Part shown: positions 7,964 through 17,397 of the stretch, piece after piece
Position numbering within the stretch: the first letter of the stretch is position 1
How the letters are laid out: each line of letters starts with the position of its first letter
From: a bacterium
GTDB lineage: Bacteria; Patescibacteriota; Minisyncoccia; Moranbacterales; GWC2-37-73
Length of the DNA: 50,462 nt
NCBI GenBank assembly: GCA_037140955.1
Contig: JBAXDL010000007.1
Location: 1 to 50,462 of the forward strand
Direction of reading: 5' to 3'
Notes under the pieces: generated by a model
Databases searched by the model: none
Told to the model about the DNA's origin: nothing
Seen by the model: the letters and a program-made list of their open reading frames with translations, nothing else
Position numbers and translations under genes: made by a program

Positions 7964-9604
7964 CTATTTCCCGCTTCGTTCCTTTGCAGCTTTTACAAAT
8001 TCAAAGAAAAGTGGGTGCGATGAAAGTGGGGTTGATTTGAATTCTGGGTGAAATTGTGAGGCCAGGAAAAATGGATGCTGCGATTTTGGAAGCTCAGCAA
8101 TTTCCATCAAAACTCCACTTGGAGATTTTCCAGAAAAAACAAGTCCGGCTTTTTCAAGACGAGCGACGTATTTTGGATTCACCTCATAACGATGTCTGTG
8201 ACGTTCTGAGATTTTTGCTTTTCCATATGCCCCAAATGCAATGGTGCCTTTTTGCAAAACTGCATCATATGCTCCAAGTCTCATGGTTGCTCCATAATTT
8301 CCAGCTTCCAAATTCTTTTTTTGTTCAGGCATGATGTCGATGATTGGATTTTTTGTGTCAACATTAACCTCAGTTGTATTGGCATCAACAATCCCAAGCA
8401 CATTGCGAGCATATTCAATCACAACAAGTTGCATGCCATAGCAAAGTCCAAAATATGGAATCAAATTTTCCCTGCAATATTGAATAGCTTTAATCTTTCC
8501 TTCGATTCCACGCGATCCAAAACCACCAGGAACAATGATTCCGTCATATTGAGACAATGATTCAATTTTTTCAGGATCTTTTTCAAAAACCTCAGAATTG
8601 ATCCAATCAAGTTCAGGCTTGACGCCAACTTTAAAACCAGCATGCTTGATGGCTTCAATCACACTTATGTAAGCATCTGAAAGCACAAAATCTCCGGTGC
8701 CAAAATATTTTCCAACAATTCCAATTTTAACTTTCTCCTTGGATGCCTTCACCCTCTTGACCAAATTTTCCCATTGTTTCAAATCTGATTTCTTTTCTTT
8801 CAAGCGAAGTTTTTTGAGAATAATTTTGCTTAAATTGTCACGTTCAAAATTTAGCAAAACGTCATAGACACTTTCCACATCAGGAGCGCTGATCACGCAT
8901 TCCTCAGGAACAGAGCAGAACATGGAAATTTTTTCTTTGCGTTTGGCATCCATTGGAACTTCTGAGCGTGCCACAATAATGTCAGGCTGCACTCCGGCGC
9001 CATTGACCGTTCTCACTGCATGCTGCGTTGGCTTGGTTTTCATTTCGCCAATTTTGTTTGGACATGGCACAAAGCTCACCATTACAGACAAAACATCTTC
9101 AGGGTGCTTGGTTTTCATCATGCGAATAGTCTCCATGAAAAGAATGTTTTCATATTCCCCAACTGTTCCACCAATTTCAATAATGGTAATGTCTGATTTG
9201 GCCTTGTTTGATGCATGCACAATGCGATCAATTACTTCCAATGGAATGTGAGGCACAACTTGCACGCACTTTCCAGCATATTCCAAATTGCGTTCCCGAT
9301 GAATCACTGATTCATACACGCGACCAGTGGTCATATAGTTGTCGCGAGAAAGAGTGATTTCCATGAAGCGTTCATAATTCCCCATGTCTTGATCTGTTTC
9401 ATCGCCATCATCCAACACAAAAACCTCCCCATGTTCAGTTGGATTCATGGTTCCAGCATCAACATTCACATATGGATCAATTTTGATTGCAGTCACATTA
9501 TATCCGCGAGCTTTCAAGATCGCGCCAATTGAAGATGTTGTAATCCCCTTTCCAACACCACTCATCACTCCACCCATCACGAAGATGTATTTTCGATTTT
9601 CCAT
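7964..9604 (-). CDS. pyrG: CTP synthase
   Basis: GGVMSGVGKG, KIDPYVNVDAGTMNP, GLCYGMQ, ERHRHRYEVN, QFHPEF. Confidence 0.98.
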   Translation of the reverse strand: MENRKYIFVMGGVMSGVGKGITTSSIGAILKARGYNVTAIKIDPYVNVDAGTMNPTEHGEVFVLDDGDETDQDMGNYERFMEITLSRDNYMTTGRVYESVIHRERNLEYAGKCVQVVPHIPLEVIDRIVHASNKAKSDITIIEIGGTVGEYENILFMETIRMMKTKHPEDVLSVMVSFVPCPNKIGEMKTKPTQHAVRTVNGAGVQPDIIVARSEVPMDAKRKEKISMFCSVPEECVISAPDVESVYDVLLNFERDNLSKIILKKLRLKEKKSDLKQWENLVKRVKASKEKVKIGIVGKYFGTGDFVLSDAYISVIEAIKHAGFKVGVKPELDWINSEVFEKDPEKIESLSQYDGIIVPGGFGSRGIEGKIKAIQYCRENLIPYFGLCYGMQLVVIEYARNVLGIVDANTTEVNVDTKNPIIDIMPEQKKNLEAGNYGATMRLGAYDAVLQKGTIAFGAYGKAKISERHRHRYEVNPKYVARLEKAGLVFSGKSPSGVLMEIAELPKSQHPFFLASQFHPEFKSTPLSSHPLFFEFVKAAKERSGK

Positions 9605-9605
9605 T

Positions 9606-9733
9606 CCAGGTAGTAGAAATTCAAATGAGCTTTGCTCAAAAAAATTCTATATTTTTATATTATATTAAAAAATATGGCTAAAATTTATATTACAAAATAT
9701 CACTTGCTTATTTTTTGAATTTTCACTACCTGG
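9606..9733. mobile_element. MITE-like palindromic element family A, copy 1
   Basis: terminal IR CCAGGTAGT/ACTACCTGG flanked by CATT direct repeats (9602-9605, 9734-9737); homologous to 43720-43842. Confidence 0.75.
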
Positions 9734-9884
9734 CATTTTGTTTTATCCCCCAATGATTAAGAAATAATATAACCTCAATTTGTGTGAATTTTTGACTTTG
9801 ATATGCAAAAAGTCGCGAAATTGCGACTGCGGGTTTGTAATGTTAAAAGTTACTACTCATGCTAAATTCATTTTACACTATTTT

Positions 9885-10322
9885 CTAAGCCTGTTCAACT
9901 GTCAAAACAATGGTGGCTTTGATGCCAAAATCAAGCTCAATAATGATCTTTTTTTCACCAAGCTCTTTGATGTGGTCAATCTTAATGGCCTTTTCAGAAA
10001 TTTCGATTCCACTTTTCTTTATTTCTTGTGCAATTTCTTTGACAGTGATTGAACCAAAAAGCTTGCCATCTTTTGCTCTGGCTTTTAGCACAAAATGCTT
10101 ACCATCAATAGATGCAGCCAATTTTTCAACTGTTTGTTTTTGCAAAGCCAATTGCAGTTTTTTCTTGTCATCCTCTTGCTTGGCACTGCTCAAATTTGTG
10201 GCAGTGGCCGGCGCTGCCAATTTGCGAGCGAGCAAAAAATTGCGAGCATAACCATCGGGAACATTCTTGATTTGACCCTTTTTTCCAACATTTTTGACGT
10301 CCTGAAGAAATATTACTTGCAT
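9885..10322 (-). CDS. rplI: 50S ribosomal protein L9
   Basis: [34 protein letters not shown]. Confidence 0.96.
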   Translation of the reverse strand: MQVIFLQDVKNVGKKGQIKNVPDGYARNFLLARKLAAPATATNLSSAKQEDDKKKLQLALQKQTVEKLAASIDGKHFVLKARAKDGKLFGSITVKEIAQEIKKSGIEISEKAIKIDHIKELGEKKIIIELDFGIKATIVLTVEQA

Positions 10323-10381
10323 ATATTTTTTAAGTTAAGTGTTAATCTTTCATATTAGTATAGCCATTTTTTTCAAACAAA

Positions 10382-11074
10382 TCAAATGACACACTTGATT
10401 TGTCTTTTGTTTCGCATGAACACAAAAACAAACAAGGCCTGAGATGCAATTGTTTTCATTATTTCAATATCCTCAATTCTTTGACTTGCTCCTGATTTTT
10501 TGATCACAATATATGAAAAAATATTATCAATAGCACGCGGCGAAGTAATGATGATGAAATTTTTAAATTCAAAATGACTAATGCCAAATTCTCTACCTTT
10601 AAATGAAAAATCAATTTCAATTTCTTGATTATTTTTAAATTCCTTAATCAAGGCATAATCCTGCAACTGCACAAATCTAAGAGAAAAATCATTTGACTTT
10701 GCAAACAAACGAATTGCTTGCATGATATCATCAAACAATTCTGTTTTCCCTTGTGGTGTTAGCTTTGAGCTTTCCGGATACCCTAGGGCTATATTTTCCA
10801 AAATATCAAGCTTTCTGTTGATTTCTCCAATATATGAATAGGAATATTTAAGATCCTTAGACATACTATTAACTCGTCCTTGAATTTTATTTTTTTCAAC
10901 AAGATTTTTATTATAAAGCTTTTCCAACATCAAAAACAAGCCAAAGCCAATTGAGCCAAGAACCAAAATGGCAAGCTCTTGAACTTGAGTAGCACTAAGA
11001 AAATAAAAACCACTATTAATAGAAGTTGGAACGAAAACTATAAAGATAAAAATGGTCAAATATATCCAATACAT
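10382..11074 (-). CDS. hypothetical membrane protein
   Basis: two N-terminal TM segments, coiled coil, possible degenerate GAF-like C-terminus. Confidence 0.7.
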   Translation of the reverse strand: MYWIYLTIFIFIVFVPTSINSGFYFLSATQVQELAILVLGSIGFGLFLMLEKLYNKNLVEKNKIQGRVNSMSKDLKYSYSYIGEINRKLDILENIALGYPESSKLTPQGKTELFDDIMQAIRLFAKSNDFSLRFVQLQDYALIKEFKNNQEIEIDFSFKGREFGISHFEFKNFIIITSPRAIDNIFSYIVIKKSGASQRIEDIEIMKTIASQALFVFVFMRNKRQIKCVI

Positions 11075-11143
11075 AGTCCTTGATTCCTTAACGATTGGTT
11101 AGTTATTCTCGCATAAACATTGGCTATTGTCAATTTGGTAAAC

Positions 11144-11179
11144 AAAAAAATCCTTACTTTTGACAGTTAGGATTTTTTT
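11144..11179 (-). terminator. intrinsic terminator after galU
   Basis: AAAAAAATCCT/AGGATTTTTTT stem. Confidence 0.7.
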
Positions 11180-11195
11180 GTTTTTTACAAGAAAA

Positions 11196-12068
11196 CTAAA
11201 TATTTTTGCAACCTTTCAAATATTCGCGCAATTTTTCTCCAATCTCCGGATGCTTGAGTCCCATGTGAATTGTGGCTTTCACAAAATTGAATTTGTCGCC
11301 AGTGTCCAACCACTCTCCTTCCAAAACTTTTCCATATAACGGACGATCATTTTTGAGCATAATTTCAAAAGCATCAATCAAGCGAATTTCTCCAGACTTG
11401 CCATGATCCATTGTTGCCAAAACATCAAAAACTTCAGGAGTAACAATATATTTTCCCACCGCCACCAAATTTGATGGAGCATCTTCTCTTTTTGGTTTTT
11501 CTACCAAGCCTTTGACTTCATATGTTTTGTCATCAATTTTGACACCATCAATAACTCCAAACAAAGAAACTTGATCATCTGGCACTTCACTCAATCCAAT
11601 CACTGGGTCGCCATATTTTTCATAGGTATCCATGAGTTGTTTTGAAGCTGGAACCTCGCTGTCATACAAGCAATCACCAAAGATCACCAAGGCTGGTTCG
11701 CCATTGAGCAAATGAGCAGCTTGGAGGAGCGCATGACCGTCGCCAAGTGGTTTTGATTGACGAACATAGGAAAACTTGGCTAGCCCTGAAATCTTGCTTA
11801 CTGTTTCAAGCAAAGCATGTTTGTTTTTTTCCACCAAAGTGTCTTCAAGCTCATATGAGATGTCAAAGTGATCCTCAATTGCTCGTTTGCCACGACCAGT
11901 CACAAAAATGATTTCTTCAATTCCGGCAGCCACAGCCTCTTCAACCAAATATTGAATCACCGGCTTGTCTACAATTGGCAGCATTTCTTTTGGCTGAGCT
12001 TTGGTGGCCGGCAAAAATCTTGTTCCAAATCCTGCCACTGGTAAAATTGCTTTTCGTATTTTCGCCAT
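11196..12068 (-). CDS. galU: UTP--glucose-1-phosphate uridylyltransferase
   Basis: KAILPVAGFGTRFLPATKAQPKEMLPIVDKP; start MAKIRKA. Confidence 0.95.
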   Translation of the reverse strand: MAKIRKAILPVAGFGTRFLPATKAQPKEMLPIVDKPVIQYLVEEAVAAGIEEIIFVTGRGKRAIEDHFDISYELEDTLVEKNKHALLETVSKISGLAKFSYVRQSKPLGDGHALLQAAHLLNGEPALVIFGDCLYDSEVPASKQLMDTYEKYGDPVIGLSEVPDDQVSLFGVIDGVKIDDKTYEVKGLVEKPKREDAPSNLVAVGKYIVTPEVFDVLATMDHGKSGEIRLIDAFEIMLKNDRPLYGKVLEGEWLDTGDKFNFVKATIHMGLKHPEIGEKLREYLKGCKNI

Positions 12069-12229
12069 TTTTGTTTGTGAGGTACGAGCAATCACAAAAA
12101 TGAGCGCCCCGTACCAATTTTCGATTATATATTAATTTAAAATAAATCGAGCCGAAGGCGGAACCCGTGAATAATTCTCATTCATACCAAGATCTTTTTT
12201 TGAAATTGGTACTGGGGCAACCCACTTCT
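12064..12229 (-). repeat. structured leader repeat family B, copy 2 (ends at galU ATG)
   Basis: homologous to 6654-6817 in the same orientation relative to the gene. Confidence 0.8.
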
Positions 12230-12236
12230 CGTTTCG

Positions 12237-13064
12237 TTATTGTAATCTTTTTTTACTCCTTGCTTTCAACTCTTCATTAAACTCAGTAATTGCCTGATCC
12301 AAAATTGGGTGGAAATTTCTACTAATCCCTTTTTCTTTCACAATGATACTCGCCTCCAAAAGAGAGTCAGGTGTTCCAGCATCAAGCCACTCACCGGAAA
12401 ACATGGTCACTTCCAATTGTTTTTTCTTGAGATACGCTTTGTTGATGTCAGTAATTTCAATTTCTCCTCGCTCTGATGGTTTGGTTTTTTTGGCAATTTC
12501 CACACATTGATTGTCATACAAATACAATCCAGTCACAGCATAATCACTGATCCAAGTTGTAGGTTTTTCCACAATTTCCATGGCCCTGTTTTCTTTGTTG
12601 AATCTGACAACTCCAAATCGTTCAGGGTCAGAAACTTTTTTGGCAAAAACATGACCACCAACTCGAAAATCTCTGATTTGTTTGGCAAAATCATCTTCAA
12701 AAATGTTGTCTCCCAAAATCAGTGCCACATTGTCATCACCAATGTGATTTTCACCCAAAGTCAAAGCCTCAGCAAGCCCACGAGGAGTCGATTGTACTTC
12801 AAAAGTAATATGAATGCCATGTTTTTTGAGCAATGATCCCAGAAGATTCAAAAATTGACCAGAATGCTCTGGCGCCACAATCACCAAGATATCCTTAATC
12901 CCGGCTTTTATAAGCGTGTTTAATGGGTAAAAAATCATTTGCCTGTCATATACTGGCAAAAGTTGTTTTGAGGTTGTTGCTGTCATCGGAAAAAGTCTCG
13001 TGGCAGTTCCACCAGCAAGCACAATTCCTTTCATTTTTCTTTTTCTTGGTTTTATTGTTTCCAT
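12237..13064 (-). CDS. rmlA: glucose-1-phosphate thymidylyltransferase
   Basis: KGIVLAGGTATRL, SKQLLPVYD, PSERGEIEITD, WLDAGT. Confidence 0.88.
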   Translation of the reverse strand: METIKPRKRKMKGIVLAGGTATRLFPMTATTSKQLLPVYDRQMIFYPLNTLIKAGIKDILVIVAPEHSGQFLNLLGSLLKKHGIHITFEVQSTPRGLAEALTLGENHIGDDNVALILGDNIFEDDFAKQIRDFRVGGHVFAKKVSDPERFGVVRFNKENRAMEIVEKPTTWISDYAVTGLYLYDNQCVEIAKKTKPSERGEIEITDINKAYLKKKQLEVTMFSGEWLDAGTPDSLLEASIIVKEKGISRNFHPILDQAITEFNEELKARSKKRLQ

Positions 13065-13142
13065 TTTGTTGTTGAATATATAACTTACACACTAATTTTA
13101 GCAATAGTCGAATAATTGCGTAAGTCCTTAAAATAATAAAAA

Positions 13143-14390
13143 TTACACTTTTGGATAAATAGGAAAGCGTTTACAAAACTTCACTACTTCTTTTCTGATA
13201 CTTGATAAAACTTTTTTATCATTATGTGCAATGATTATATCATCAATCCAAACTGCGATCATTTTAATTTCAGCTTCTTTCATGCCGCGCGATGTGATTG
13301 CTTGCACACCAACACGAATTCCACTTGGGTCCATTGGTGAACGTGGATCATCAGGAATCATGTTTTTGTTGACAGTGATGCCAGCTTCATCAAGCGCATG
13401 CTCAGCCTCTTTTCCTGTCACCTGCTTGCTACTCATCACATCAATCAACACCATGTGATAATCAGTGCCACCAAACATGATCTTATAACCACGTTTTGTT
13501 AATTCTTTTTCCAAAACTTTAGCATTTTTGATGACTTGTTTTGCATAGGCCTTGAAAGCTGGTCGCAATGCCTCATCAAAAGCCACGGCCTTAGCTGCAA
13601 TATTGTTCATGTGTGGTCCGCCTTGAAATCCAGGAAAGGCTGATTTGTCGATTGCCTTGCCAAATTGCTCTTTGCACATGATCATTCCTCCGCGCGGTCC
13701 ACGCAGAGTTTTGTGAGTTGTGGTGGTCACAATGTCAAAAAATGGCACAGGATTTTCAACTGCTTTTCCAGCAATGAGTCCTGCAATGTGTGCGATGTCA
13801 AACATGGAAATTGCACCAACTTTTTTGGCAATATCAGTAATTTTTTTGTAATCCAGCTTACGAGTATATGCAGAAAATCCAGCCAGAATTAATTTTGGCT
13901 TGTGCTTGAGCGCAAGCTTTTCCAATTCAGCATAATCAATCAAACCATCTTTGCCAGTCTTATATCCAACAAAATTATAGATCTGAGCAGAAAGTGTCAC
14001 TGGATGTCCGTGAGTCAAATGTCCACCATGCGAAAGATCCATTCCAAGAACAGTGTCGCCAGGTTTCAAAACTGCGTTATATGCAATCATGTTGGCCGGC
14101 GCACCAGAATGTGGTTGCACATTGACATGATCAGCACCAAAAAGTTTCTTGGCACGCGCAATCGCCAAAGATTCAATTTGATCAGTAAATTCCTGTCCAC
14201 CATAATATCTCTTGCCAGGATAACCTTCAGAATATTTGTTTGTAAAAACCGAGCCAAGTGCCTCAAGCACCGCCTCGGAAACATAATTTTCAGATGCAAT
14301 CAATTCCATCCCCTCCTGCTGACGTTTCATTTCGCCGGAAATGGTGTCATAAACTTTTTTGTCTTGTTTTTTAAGATTTTTAAAAACCAT
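13143..14390 (-). CDS. glyA: serine hydroxymethyltransferase
   Basis: LIASEN, NKYSEGYPGKRYYGG, TTTTHKTLRGPRGG. Confidence 0.98.
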   Translation of the reverse strand: MVFKNLKKQDKKVYDTISGEMKRQQEGMELIASENYVSEAVLEALGSVFTNKYSEGYPGKRYYGGQEFTDQIESLAIARAKKLFGADHVNVQPHSGAPANMIAYNAVLKPGDTVLGMDLSHGGHLTHGHPVTLSAQIYNFVGYKTGKDGLIDYAELEKLALKHKPKLILAGFSAYTRKLDYKKITDIAKKVGAISMFDIAHIAGLIAGKAVENPVPFFDIVTTTTHKTLRGPRGGMIMCKEQFGKAIDKSAFPGFQGGPHMNNIAAKAVAFDEALRPAFKAYAKQVIKNAKVLEKELTKRGYKIMFGGTDYHMVLIDVMSSKQVTGKEAEHALDEAGITVNKNMIPDDPRSPMDPSGIRVGVQAITSRGMKEAEIKMIAVWIDDIIIAHNDKKVLSSIRKEVVKFCKRFPIYPKV

Positions 14391-14396
14391 GTATGC

Positions 14397-14487
14397 AATT
14401 TTAAATTTTAAATTTTAAATTTAAACTTAAATTATTTAAACATTATAATTTAAAATTCATTTAAAATTTATAATTTAGCCTTTAAAA
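14397..14487. repeat. AT-rich heptamer inverted-repeat element (family C)
   Basis: tandem AATTTTA units facing TAAAATT units; fills the glyA upstream region. Confidence 0.55.
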
Positions 14488-15471
14488 TTATTTAGTGTTC
14501 TTCAGATATTCCCTAAGTGCCAACTTATAACTTCTCAGTGGATTCAATTTTGTGTTTATCAATGTAGAAACATATGGCCTGGCTGCAGGACGTGGAAATT
14601 CATCGCTTCCAACTGGCACAACCTTAACTTTCAACTTAGCCATCTTATACAATTCTACAACCGCATCATGCCATGTGCAAGGACCAGAATTTGCCACATG
14701 ATAAATGCCGAAAGGTTTTTCTGCCTCAATAATTTCTTTTGTTTTTTTGGCAAGATCGGGAGCATAGGTGAAAAGACTTGTTTCTTCATCAACAACTTTG
14801 ACTTCTGCTCCAGACAAGGCAGCTTTTTTGCCAACCTCAAGCATCACATCAAAAAAACTTTTTTTGGCAGTCTTTGACTTTGCTGGTTTGCCAAACAATT
14901 TTGAAAGTCGAATAATATAATATTTTTCTCCATTTTTTTGCACCGCCTCCTCGCCCATCAATTTGCTTTTGCCATATTTTGAAATTGGCTCGGCAATAGC
15001 ATTCTCATCAAATCCTATTTCAGGAACAAAGCCGTCATGTAAAGAGCAAGATCCACATGACCCACCACAACCAGCTGGCTCCGGAATGTCAGGCATGCCA
15101 GAAAAGACATAATCAGTAGAATATTGCACAAAAGTTGCATCAATTTTTTTGGCAATCTTGGCCAAAAACCCAGGAGCTTTTGCATTCAATGCTTTTGCTT
15201 TTTCAAATTCAGCTTTGTCCTTCTCGCAAGCATCAACTGCATTGTAAGCTGCAGCATTTAAGATTATATCCGGCAACAATTTTGAAATTTTTTCCTTAAC
15301 GATATTTTCGTTGGTAATGTCAATTTGTGCAAAGTCCCAAGCAGTAACACGATAATCATCATCACTTTTGAAAATCGAAACGAGTTCCTGCCCAAGCATG
15401 CCATTGCTGCCAACAATCAGCACTTTTTTTGTCTTTGCTTCGAGAATTGTTTTTTTGAGCTTATTTTTCAT
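14488..15471 (-). CDS. rmlD: dTDP-4-dehydrorhamnose reductase with Cys-rich insertion
   Basis: GSNGMLG, NAAAYNAVD, STDYVF, YGKSK, PAARP; start MKNKLKK. Confidence 0.9.
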   Translation of the reverse strand: MKNKLKKTILEAKTKKVLIVGSNGMLGQELVSIFKSDDDYRVTAWDFAQIDITNENIVKEKISKLLPDIILNAAAYNAVDACEKDKAEFEKAKALNAKAPGFLAKIAKKIDATFVQYSTDYVFSGMPDIPEPAGCGGSCGSCSLHDGFVPEIGFDENAIAEPISKYGKSKLMGEEAVQKNGEKYYIIRLSKLFGKPAKSKTAKKSFFDVMLEVGKKAALSGAEVKVVDEETSLFTYAPDLAKKTKEIIEAEKPFGIYHVANSGPCTWHDAVVELYKMAKLKVKVVPVGSDEFPRPAARPYVSTLINTKLNPLRSYKLALREYLKNTK

Positions 15472-15548
15472 ATATTCAAATATTATGTTTTTAGCATTAA
15501 GCCCATATATTGTTGCAAATATTAGCACAATTGTCCAATGATTTCCCC

Positions 15549-15577
15549 TTGACAGCAAGTCAAGTTGATTGTATGAT
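15549..15577 (+). promoter_or_regulatory. sigma70-type promoter
   Basis: TTGACA-17-TATGAT. Confidence 0.6.
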
Positions 15578-15648
15578 AAATTGTTGTTGGTCACATTGTT
15601 GGCCACAACAAAAGCAGTTCATCCCATGGAGTCAAAAAGGAGTAAACA

Positions 15649-16089
15649 ATGCAAAGAAAGTTAACAGCAGAACAAGAGGCCATGCTTGAGGCAAGATTAT
15701 CAGTGGCTATTGTAAGGGATGTCATCAAAAGACACTTCAATTTTGATTACATCGTCGCGACAAAGGATTGCCTTTGTGGATATTGCCAAAAGACCATAGC
15801 TCGTGGAAATCCAGCAATTTCAGTCAAAAATTTCGAAAGAAAAAAATCTGCTCGCATCATTGTTTGCGACAAAGGTTGCCTCGATGGACATGAAACTGCA
15901 GAGATTGCATTTTTTGGATGCAAAGAGTTGGAAAAATTACCAACCCTTGATTACAAGAAAAGAATCATGAACAAAGATGATTTAATAATTGGCTACTACG
16001 AACGCCTATTGGCGGCCAAGCAAAATGCAGTTGATAACGTCGTTGAGCTTCACAGGAACTTCCAAATGCAGTGCGAATATCAAGATTAA
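15649..16089 (+). CDS. hypothetical protein with putative zinc finger
   Basis: CGYC...CDKGC Cys pairs; AAGGAG RBS. Confidence 0.75.
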   Translation: MQRKLTAEQEAMLEARLSVAIVRDVIKRHFNFDYIVATKDCLCGYCQKTIARGNPAISVKNFERKKSARIIVCDKGCLDGHETAEIAFFGCKELEKLPTLDYKKRIMNKDDLIIGYYERLLAAKQNAVDNVVELHRNFQMQCEYQD

Positions 16090-16110
16090 GAATCAACAAG
16101 CATAAAAAGC

Positions 16111-16150
16111 AAAAGACCTCAGAGAAATTTCTCTGAGGTCTCGTTTTTTT
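16111..16150. terminator. bidirectional terminator
   Basis: AGACCTCAGAGA/TCTCTGAGGTCT stem between convergent ORFans. Confidence 0.8.
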
Positions 16151-16160
16151 GAGGATGTTG

Positions 16161-16448
16161 TTAATTTTGACGAGCAAGTTCATGCTCGAAAATTTCTTCA
16201 ACATCGGCCTCGTTTTCAGCATTTGAAAACATGCCGTATCCTGGAGTTGGCTTGCATTCACTGTGAAGCTCTGACTGAAATTCTTGATAAAAATTATCAC
16301 AAAGAAAATCATACAGAGCTTGCTTGCCTGAGCCATCGAGGTCATTGACGTCAAAATCAATATCATCATCCTCACACTTCTTTTCCACAAATTCAAGCAA
16401 TTCATCATAATCCATGTCTTGAATTTTTTCCAGTAGTTTCCAGTTCAT
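16161..16448 (-). CDS. small acidic hypothetical protein
   Basis: 95 aa, very Asp/Glu-rich; start MNWKLLE behind AGGGG. Confidence 0.7.
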   Translation of the reverse strand: MNWKLLEKIQDMDYDELLEFVEKKCEDDDIDFDVNDLDGSGKQALYDFLCDNFYQEFQSELHSECKPTPGYGMFSNAENEADVEEIFEHELARQN

Positions 16449-16543
16449 CTTTAAATACCCCCTTCTTTTTTTGATGGTGTTGCACCCCTGTTCAACACTC
16501 ACCTGCTGCTTTCAACTAAAAAGAACTTCCTTATCAATAAACA

Positions 16544-16572
16544 ACTATAGCCCAAATACTATAATATGTCAA
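16544..16572 (-). promoter_or_regulatory. sigma70-type promoter
   Basis: TTGACA-17-TATAGT on the minus strand. Confidence 0.6.
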
Positions 16573-16660
16573 GACAAATTTAAATACAATAATATCAACA
16601 TAACAAACAATATTATGCTGTCATCTTAAAGTCAAAAAGAAAGGCGACGTCTTTTGGTGG

Positions 16661-17347
16661 TCACATTGCCAATTTATTCTCCAAGTAAGATTTGGCATTG
16701 AGTTGCTCTTGAAAAGAATTCTCCAATTCTAAGCTAATATAATATGGCAAATACTTTTTATATGGCAATATATATTCCAATTCAGAAACTCCCAGCATAT
16801 AATGACCGCCTAATCTTTTCCAAAGCCTTTTAATAATGTATCGAAATTGAGGATAGGCCGAGATATGACAGCATCCGACTGAATATTTCTCCAAAAGCAA
16901 TTCCAATTGCTGAAATGCTTTTGGTGCTTGAATTTTTGAACGCTTGTGATGCTGCACATCAAAACAAATTCCTGCAAATTTTGCCAAATATTTTTCATCA
17001 AATGGTCTAAAGTGGTTTTCTACAAAAATCTTATTTTGGTATTTTTCCAAACATTCATCATTAGCACTACCAATGTGAATGTTATATACAATTGTTTTAT
17101 ATTTTTTTTCAAACAGCTCCATTTCCCATGCTTCCATGTCTTGACTGCGAAGATGCACGTGTGGAATTTCTAATCCATCAATTTCAGAAAGTGCGTCATA
17201 CAATTGTCTTCTTTTTTCTATGGGCAAAAAAGTTGGAAAAAGGGCAATTTTTTTGATGCCAAATTTCTTCATTTCCTCAACTTTTCCCATCCAATTAGAA
17301 TTTGGAGTTGTTGTAAGTCCCAATAATATTTCGTGTTTATTTTTCAT
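16661..17347 (-). CDS. hypothetical protein, probable xylose-isomerase-like TIM barrel
   Basis: PHVH, FVEN, CFDVQH, CHIS and LELEN metal-ligand pattern. Confidence 0.6.
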   Translation of the reverse strand: MKNKHEILLGLTTTPNSNWMGKVEEMKKFGIKKIALFPTFLPIEKRRQLYDALSEIDGLEIPHVHLRSQDMEAWEMELFEKKYKTIVYNIHIGSANDECLEKYQNKIFVENHFRPFDEKYLAKFAGICFDVQHHKRSKIQAPKAFQQLELLLEKYSVGCCHISAYPQFRYIIKRLWKRLGGHYMLGVSELEYILPYKKYLPYYISLELENSFQEQLNAKSYLENKLAM

Positions 17348-17397
17348 CTTGTAATTTCATTAGTATATTTGCACAATCGTTTCTCTATTTTATTTTT

